From a phage: a stretch of 1,197 nucleotides of DNA. A program made the translations under genes and the position numbers. Location of the stretch: sequence record OR846210.1; one strand, given 5' to 3'. The notes below the pieces were generated by a model. The model saw only the letters and a list, made by a program, of their open reading frames with translations, was not told where the DNA came from and did not search any database. The first letter of the stretch is position 1, and each line of letters begins with the position of its first letter. Positions 1 to 1,197 of the stretch are shown in pieces.

Positions 1-181
1 CGATTAATCTATAATCCAGTTTTTTTCTGTTTTTTTGAACCATAGATATACATCTCATTTGCCAGACGCTACCAAAATAAAAAATTAAGACGGCGATTGT
101 TATTGGCCTGCATAAGTAATCGATATAATAAAAATTCATTACTGCGAATAATCTCATGTCGCCAGTATTTCCGTAATCCAT
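1..181 (-). CDS. speculative small hydrophobic protein, N-terminal part; frame continues beyond window start
   Basis: The minus-strand frame is stop-free from position 259 to position 2, where the window ends (86 codons), despite ~29% GC. First ATG at 181..179 gives MDYGNTGDMRLFAVMNFYYIDYLCRPITIAVLIFYFGSVWQMRCISMVQKNRKKLDYRLI..., with a transmembrane-like stretch followed by basic residues. The only Shine-Dalgarno-like element (AAGGA) is too close to the ATG (1-nt spacer). Y/F/I/N/K-rich composition is also what chance translation of AT-rich DNA gives. Confidence 0.2.
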   Translation of the reverse strand, partial: MDYGNTGDMRLFAVMNFYYIDYLCRPITIAVLIFYFGSVWQMRCISMVQKNRKKLDYRLI

Positions 182-402
182 TTCCTTTTTTAGATATGGA
201 AAATAATAAGCAATGTAAGAGTTTGATTTTTTCTTCCTCCAATGAAGAAAGCTAGATTGTTAAATAAATGTTATTATCGTGGGGGGTTCACGTATCAATT
301 GGTAAAAATACTATAAGATGGTTTTTTATAATACTTCATTTGCTATGCAAACTGAACATTTGATGCTAAAAAATAATAAAGGGTATTACTTTAATTCAAC
401 AC
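1..402. other. AT-rich (~29% GC) segment with phased A/T tracts; probable intergenic or horizontally acquired DNA
   Basis: Hand count gives 117 G+C in positions 1-400. Homopolymeric T7 runs at 20-26 and 30-36, A-rich tracts at 74-85 and 366-380, and several TATAAT-like hexamers. Composition changes abruptly at ~400-430, exactly at the 3' end of the coding block. Confidence 0.5.
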
Positions 403-423
403 CGCCGGGCTTTATACCCGGCG
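403..423 (-). terminator. candidate intrinsic terminator hairpin downstream of the 151-aa gene
   Basis: Perfect inverted repeat cgccggg (403-409) / cccggcg (417-423) with a 7-nt loop (ctttata), 7 nt beyond the TGA stop on the minus strand. The following minus-strand sequence is AU-rich (GUGUUGAAUUAAAGUAAUACCCUUUAUUAUUUUUU), but the U-run is displaced ~20 nt from the stem, so this is not a textbook terminator. Confidence 0.4.
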
Positions 424-429
424 AGAGAT

Positions 430-885
430 TCAACAATCGTATTGCCAGCTACTAACTAAGGCATAAAGGTGGCTGGGGGAGTAGCGCCAGCTATCGTTTA
501 GTCCGAGAAATTCAGCGCAAAACTCGCTGCAAAACAGTTTATCTTTGCGCTCCCGGTTATACAGCGCGATACCGAGCGCGCCCTGCCAGTCATAGCGTTT
601 GCCGTTATGTTTGCGGAAAAAGGCCTCCACTTCCGGCAACGTGGCCTTTAACGGTAGCTTATCCCACTTATCGTCCGGTAACGGTATTATCTTTCCCCGC
701 ACGCCGCGATCGCGAAACGATGCAGAGTAGCAGAGGTATTCATTACCGCCGTGCGCCACCGCCAGTTCACAGTGAGAGTAGATACCGCGCGTGACTTTGC
801 GCGTGAGCCAGTCGGCAAACCTGGCGATGCCGCGATACTCCGATCGCCCCTTATAGCAAGCGAGCCAGACGGTGGTTTGACTCAT
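430..885 (-). CDS. hypothetical Cys/His-rich protein, 151 aa; possible circularly permuted papain-fold (NlpC/P60-superfamily, YaeF/YiiX/LRAT-like) hydrolase
   Basis: Complete ORF from ATG (885..883) to TGA (432..430) with enterobacterial-type codon usage (ccg, ctg, gcg, cgc frequent). Start overlaps the upstream stop as ATGA. No N-terminal hydrophobic signal sequence; net positive charge by my count. Functional guess rests on His38 in YSHCELAVAHGG and Cys119 in FCSEFCAEF, which resemble the His-then-Cys order of permuted NlpC/P60 enzymes. This is motif recollection only. Confidence 0.75.
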   Translation of the reverse strand: MSQTTVWLACYKGRSEYRGIARFADWLTRKVTRGIYSHCELAVAHGGNEYLCYSASFRDRGVRGKIIPLPDDKWDKLPLKATLPEVEAFFRKHNGKRYDWQGALGIALYNRERKDKLFCSEFCAEFLGLNDSWRYSPSHLYALVSSWQYDC

Positions 886-1197
886 GGCTGCCAGCCTGAT
901 GAATAGTCGTAGTCGAGCACTTCCTGGATATCCCCCAGCGCTTCTACCGCCGCAATATGCCGCTGCGCGTTGGCAAACAGGCGCATATCGTGATCCATAG
1001 TGACGGTTTCAAACTGCGCGGCGATGTCGTTGGTCAGTTTAATCAAACCGTTATTTTTGGTCTGCCACATTAACCCTGCCGGAATCTGCTTTGCCTGACC
1101 CATTCTGGTGAGTGACATTTGCTGAATACGGCTGTTAGCATCGCTGTGGAAATGGTTGCCGTCGATAACGATATAATCGGTGGTAACGGTGTCGCGG
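882..1197 (-). CDS. hypothetical protein, 5'-truncated by the window edge (C-terminal ~105 codons visible); function unknown
   Basis: The track ORF 882..1118 (78 aa) starts at an ATG with no purine-rich Shine-Dalgarno in the preceding ~20 nt (minus-strand upstream reads gctaacagccgtattcagcaa). The same frame stays open to position 1196 with no stop, reading ...RDTVTTDYIVIDGNHFHSDANSRIQQ before MSLTRMGQ... Codons there are typical enterobacterial preferred codons (acc, gtt, atc, gac, ggc, aac, ttc, cac, agc, cgt, cag). The stop TGA (884..882) overlaps the next gene's ATG (885..883). Confidence 0.6.
   Translation of the reverse strand, partial: RDTVTTDYIVIDGNHFHSDANSRIQQMSLTRMGQAKQIPAGLMWQTKNNGLIKLTNDIAAQFETVTMDHDMRLFANAQRHIAAVEALGDIQEVLDYDYSSGWQP

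Noticed and set aside
46-255. Plus-strand frame open for 69 codons (46-252), with a 19-codon ATG-initiated ORF at 196-255 (MENNKQCKSLIFSSSNEES)
   Set aside because: The only ATG is near the 3' end and yields 19 aa. There is no Shine-Dalgarno sequence upstream (ttttttagatATG). The open frame is largely the mirror of the stop-free minus-strand frame. Not supportable as a gene.
281-286. G6 homopolymer in otherwise AT-rich DNA as a possible phase-variable slipped-strand tract
   Set aside because: Six residues is short for efficient slipped-strand mispairing, and the tract is not within or immediately upstream of a supported coding start.
281-292. GGTTCA-containing segment (ggggggttcacg) as a possible tRNA T-loop remnant or integration att site
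   Set aside because: The match to the tRNA T-arm consensus does not extend beyond GGTTCA, and no acceptor-stem complementarity or cloverleaf can be built. Likely coincidental.
242-316. 24-codon plus-strand ORF (MKKARLLNKCYYRGGFTYQLVKIL) starting at ATG 242
   Set aside because: No ribosome-binding site; the preceding cctcc is the complement of a Shine-Dalgarno sequence, not an SD itself. The composition is what chance translation of AT-rich DNA gives.
10-332. Perfect TATAAT hexamers on the plus strand at 10-15, 124-129 and 327-332 as candidate promoter -10 boxes
   Set aside because: In ~29% GC DNA such hexamers occur frequently by chance. None has a convincingly spaced -35 element (the best, TTGGTA at 299-304, is ~22 bp from the 327-332 hexamer), and no downstream plus-strand gene is in the window. 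Promoters may well exist here, but no specific one can be called.
53-345. Short direct repeats in the AT-rich region (tcatttgc at 55-62 and 337-344; aaaataataa at 199-208 and 369-378)
   Set aside because: 8-10 bp AT-rich repeats are expected by chance at this composition. They lack flanking structure such as inverted termini or target-site duplications that would indicate a mobile element or iteron array.
1140-1170. DGNHFH segment in the truncated upstream protein resembling metallophosphoesterase GNH(D/E) or ParB-type DGxHR motifs
   Set aside because: Neither consensus is matched exactly. The other diagnostic motifs of those families would lie outside the window or are absent from the visible C-terminal part. 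No family assignment can be made without the full protein and a profile search.

Overview
This 1197-bp window has two parts. Positions ~430-1197 (roughly mid-50s % GC, judged from a sampled stretch) carry two minus-strand coding regions whose stop and start overlap in an ATGA. Positions 1-~402 are strongly AT-rich (about 29% GC by my hand count) and have no confidently identifiable gene. The upstream gene (882..>1197) is almost certainly longer than the 78-aa ORF in the supplied track: the frame stays open to the window edge with coding-like codon usage, and ATG 1118 has no ribosome-binding site. The downstream gene (430..885, 151 aa) is a Cys/His-rich, slightly basic, probably cytoplasmic protein whose motifs (YSHCELAVAHGG ... 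FCSEFCAEF) resemble a circularly permuted papain-fold hydrolase; this is a hypothesis from motif memory, not a search result. A GC-rich hairpin (403-423) sits 7 nt past its stop codon and may act as a terminator. The AT-rich segment holds an unexpectedly long stop-free frame on the minus strand that would encode a hydrophobic peptide. I cannot assign either protein to a named family with confidence and I see no RNA gene, CRISPR array or recognisable mobile-element end. The most defensible reading is a compact two-gene accessory module next to AT-rich, probably horizontally acquired DNA; I cannot show from sequence alone that it is a novel system.
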